Source of the DNA: a virus
Lineage: Duplodnaviria; Caudoviricetes
IMG/VR virus record: IMGVR_UViG_3300021476_000026
Span: 1-25,710 of that record
DNA: 25,710 nt
Reading direction: 5' to 3' (one strand)
Shown here: positions 23,695-25,710 of the stretch, piece by piece
Layout of the letters: each line of letters opens with the position of its first letter
How positions within the stretch are numbered: the first letter of the stretch is position 1
Made by a program: the position numbers and the translations under genes
The notes under the pieces: model-generated
Database searches by the model: none
The model's input: the letters and a program-made list of their open reading frames with translations, nothing else
What the model was told of the DNA's origin: nothing

Positions 23695-24022
23695 GGATCC
23701 CTCCGAACCGGGATTTCCGGTCCGCCTCGAACTCCGGCCACAGGTTCGCCGCGAGCACGATCGCCAGGTCTGTGATCTGGACGCGGTAGTACAGGTTGGA
23801 CGTCCACCCCGATCCGCGGTCGATCGCGCGGGCGATCTGGGTCCACGAATACCCGCGACTGTGGAGCGCGATCACCGCCACGCGCCGCCAGAGCCGATAC
23901 GTGGCGTTGCCCCACCGCTTCCCGACGAACGGGACATGGCTGCGGCGCTGCACCCACGTCACGAACGCGTACGCGAGCGCGCCGGTAGGATCATCTACGA
24001 CCGCGGCCGCTGTTTGAGCCAC
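23681..24022 (-). CDS. HTH protein resembling the DnaA C-terminal domain
   Basis: RRVAVIALHSRGYSWTQIARAIDR. Start uncertain. Confidence 0.55.
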   Translation of the reverse strand: MAQTAAAVVDDPTGALAYAFVTWVQRRSHVPFVGKRWGNATYRLWRRVAVIALHSRGYSWTQIARAIDRGSGWTSNLYYRVQITDLAIVLAANLWPEFEADRKSRFGGIRAEA

Positions 24023-24261
24023 TTGTCCCACCTGCTCCGCAAGTCCTGCTCGTTTACGGGGCCCATGAACTCCGCAATCCGCCGGAAGTCGCGCGGCTGC
24101 GCGGTCCCCTTCGTCCACTCGAGGAGGGCGCTGTAGGAAATCCCGATGAGCGCCGCAGCGTCCATGAGCTTGAAGCCGTGCTCCCGGCAGTACCGCACAA
24201 GGGGATTCGATTCCTTCCACCGCCTGAGCAGCGCTACGCGCTCGTCGGTCGACACAGGCAT
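23995..24261 (-). CDS. XRE/Cro-like HTH regulator
   Basis: LMDAAALIGISYSALLEWTKGTAQPR. First gene after the promoter, GGAGGT RBS. Confidence 0.85.
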   Translation of the reverse strand: MPVSTDERVALLRRWKESNPLVRYCREHGFKLMDAAALIGISYSALLEWTKGTAQPRDFRRIAEFMGPVNEQDLRSRWDKWLKQRPRS

Positions 24262-24278
24262 GGGCCACCTCCGCCCCC

Positions 24279-24307
24279 ACCATACAACGGGCGCGGGCGT
24301 GTGTCAA
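24279..24307 (-). promoter_or_regulatory. Sigma70-type early promoter
   Basis: TTGACA-17 nt-TATGGT. Confidence 0.75.
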
Positions 24308-24326
24308 GAGGGGAGAAAACGGGATC

Positions 24327-24542
24327 TTACGCTTGCGGGGTCGCGGCCGGGACGACGTACAGCGTGTACTGCTGACCGATCACCATCTGCGGGGATGAGG
24401 CCGTGTCGGTGATCGTCATGGTCGTGACGTTCGGCTCGAAGTCGGGCGCCGACGCCGCGCACGTGTACGTGTAGGCGCCGCTCGAGCCGGTCACGTTCGT
24501 GCACGTCACCTGCGTGCTGAAGAGTTCACTGATTAAGGCCAT
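24327..24542 (-). CDS. Small beta-rich protein (paralog of 24556..24780)
   Basis: AAGGAGGAG RBS. VTCT.V.GS.G..TY...TDTA......GQ.Y. Confidence 0.8.
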   Translation of the reverse strand: MALISELFSTQVTCTNVTGSSGAYTYTCAASAPDFEPNVTTMTITDTASSPQMVIGQQYTLYVVPAATPQA

Positions 24543-24555
24543 GCTATGCTCCTCC

Positions 24556-24780
24556 TTACGGCAGAACGACCGCCACAGGATTGAACGCTACGGAGTACTC
24601 CTGACCGACCACAAACGCGGCCTTCTGCGCCGTATCGGTGAACTGGATCGTGCCGACTGCGGCCGGTTGTGGGTGGTTCGCCGCGGCGCGCGCGAAGCTG
24701 TAGGTCCAGCTGCCCGCGGACCCGGCCACGGCCGTGCACGTAACGATCGTCGCGTTCTGCCATCCGTGGATCGCTGGCAT
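24556..24780 (-). CDS. Small beta-rich protein (paralog of 24327..24542)
   Basis: GGAGGT RBS. Same motif set. Confidence 0.8.
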   Translation of the reverse strand: MPAIHGWQNATIVTCTAVAGSAGSWTYSFARAAANHPQPAAVGTIQFTDTAQKAAFVVGQEYSVAFNPVAVVLP

Positions 24781-24781
24781 C

Positions 24782-25255
24782 CTACGCTACCTCCGTTGTC
24801 ATGAACGCTACGAAATCGTCCGGATGCTTGAGACGTTTCAGCTGTTCCCGACGCGTATGACAATTCGCGCACAAAAGTCGGAAAAGATCAGGGTTACGAA
24901 CAACATCTCTCCAATACCCCCACACGCCCCTTGAGCGGCGATGGAGTCCTCCGTTCTGTTCGACATGATGAACTTCGAGAACAAGCGGATCCTTAACGCC
25001 GCACTCAGCGCATCGACCTCCCAAACTGCTCAAGACAGACCGCCTGAGCCTATAGTAACAGCGCAAACTCTTACTGCGGATATTGGGCAACGGATCAAAG
25101 CGAGGATGTGGAATGTAACGCCTGCCACTTTGTAGACGAGCCGCTGCGCGCTCGCATTCCTTGCACCTGCTGTGTAGGTGTAGTCGCCCTTCGGGACGCG
25201 GATAAAACTCGGAGTAGGACTTCAACACCCCGCAGCGCGCACACGCCTTCACCAT
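24782..25255 (-). CDS. HNH endonuclease with N-terminal Zn finger
   Basis: K.C..CG..K...EFY...CKEC, then LGGRCAECG...LEVHH...LLCANCH. Start ATG 25255. Confidence 0.88.
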   Translation of the reverse strand: MVKACARCGVLKSYSEFYPRPEGRLHLHSRCKECERAAARLQSGRRYIPHPRFDPLPNIRSKSLRCYYRLRRSVLSSLGGRCAECGVKDPLVLEVHHVEQNGGLHRRSRGVWGYWRDVVRNPDLFRLLCANCHTRREQLKRLKHPDDFVAFMTTEVA

Positions 25256-25710
25256 TGGACGCCTCCCGCGATCATCCAATCGACACTCCTACTCCCGCTT
25301 GTCGGCACACCAACTGTGGCCTGAACAAAAAGAGAAGGAGAAATCGAATACTGGATTTGCCCCATCCAGTCGATCCCGCCGGGCACGAGACCGGCACCGA
25401 TGCGGTAGACGAGCGGGGACGGGGGCTTCTCCACGACCGGGGGCGGCAGGTGGATCGTGTCGTCGATCCGGGGAACGCACGGAGCGGTCGACAGCAGGAC
25501 CCCGTCATTGTCCCGGAGCAGCTCGACCGCGTCCTGGGGCACGTCCTGGGCGGTGCAATCGATCAAGTGGCCGGCATCGAAGTGCACGAGGATGGCCTCG
25601 GACGCCGCTCCCCGGGCCGCTGCCGCCTGCGCGGGCGGTATCAACGCCCCGGTTGGGGGAGGGAGGGGAGGTGTCCGGGTACCCGGGGACGGTTGCGGCG
25701 CGGTGGTGGG
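25249..25710 (-). CDS. Partial Pro-rich protein with C-terminal amphipathic beta-strands (5' end outside the window)
   Basis: Frame is open to the window end (PTTAPQPSPGTRTPPLPPP...). Ends in WMIAGGVQW. Confidence 0.7.
   Translation of the reverse strand, partial: PTTAPQPSPGTRTPPLPPPTGALIPPAQAAAARGAASEAILVHFDAGHLIDCTAQDVPQDAVELLRDNDGVLLSTAPCVPRIDDTIHLPPPVVEKPPSPLVYRIGAGLVPGGIDWMGQIQYSISPSLFVQATVGVPTSGSRSVDWMIAGGVQW

Overview
The whole window is a high-GC tailed-phage (Caudoviricetes) genome segment. It is transcribed almost entirely on the minus strand as tightly coupled genes (ATGA/GTGA/TGATG overlaps). In transcription order (right to left) it contains: (1) what appears to be the tail end of a late operon, with an HNH endonuclease and two small paralogs; (2) an early operon from a sigma70-type promoter at ~24.3 kb, with HTH regulators, a DUF559-like nuclease, a putative annealase, a LAGLIDADG endonuclease, a Cas4-like exonuclease, GroES, a membrane protein/lipoprotein pair, a replication initiator with internal iterons and a helicase loader-like gene; (3) a small unit encoding an outer-membrane beta-barrel, which implies a diderm host; (4) a lone plus-strand HNH gene; (5) a promoter/terminator-bounded cassette of eight small ORFs; (6) a ~750-bp non-coding region; and (7) a pre-packaging cluster containing a Tad1/Acb2-family anti-defence sponge, then TerS-like, TerL, portal and two paralogous beta-rich proteins. 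The most notable unexplained signals are two tRNA-like structured intergenic elements, a GC box shared by the spacers of all three promoters, an in-frame TAG followed by a hairpin in an otherwise intact gene, a Zn-ribbon/TerS -1 frame overlap, and a secreted paralog of a putative virion protein. All family calls come from motif recognition by eye; no searches or folding programs were run.
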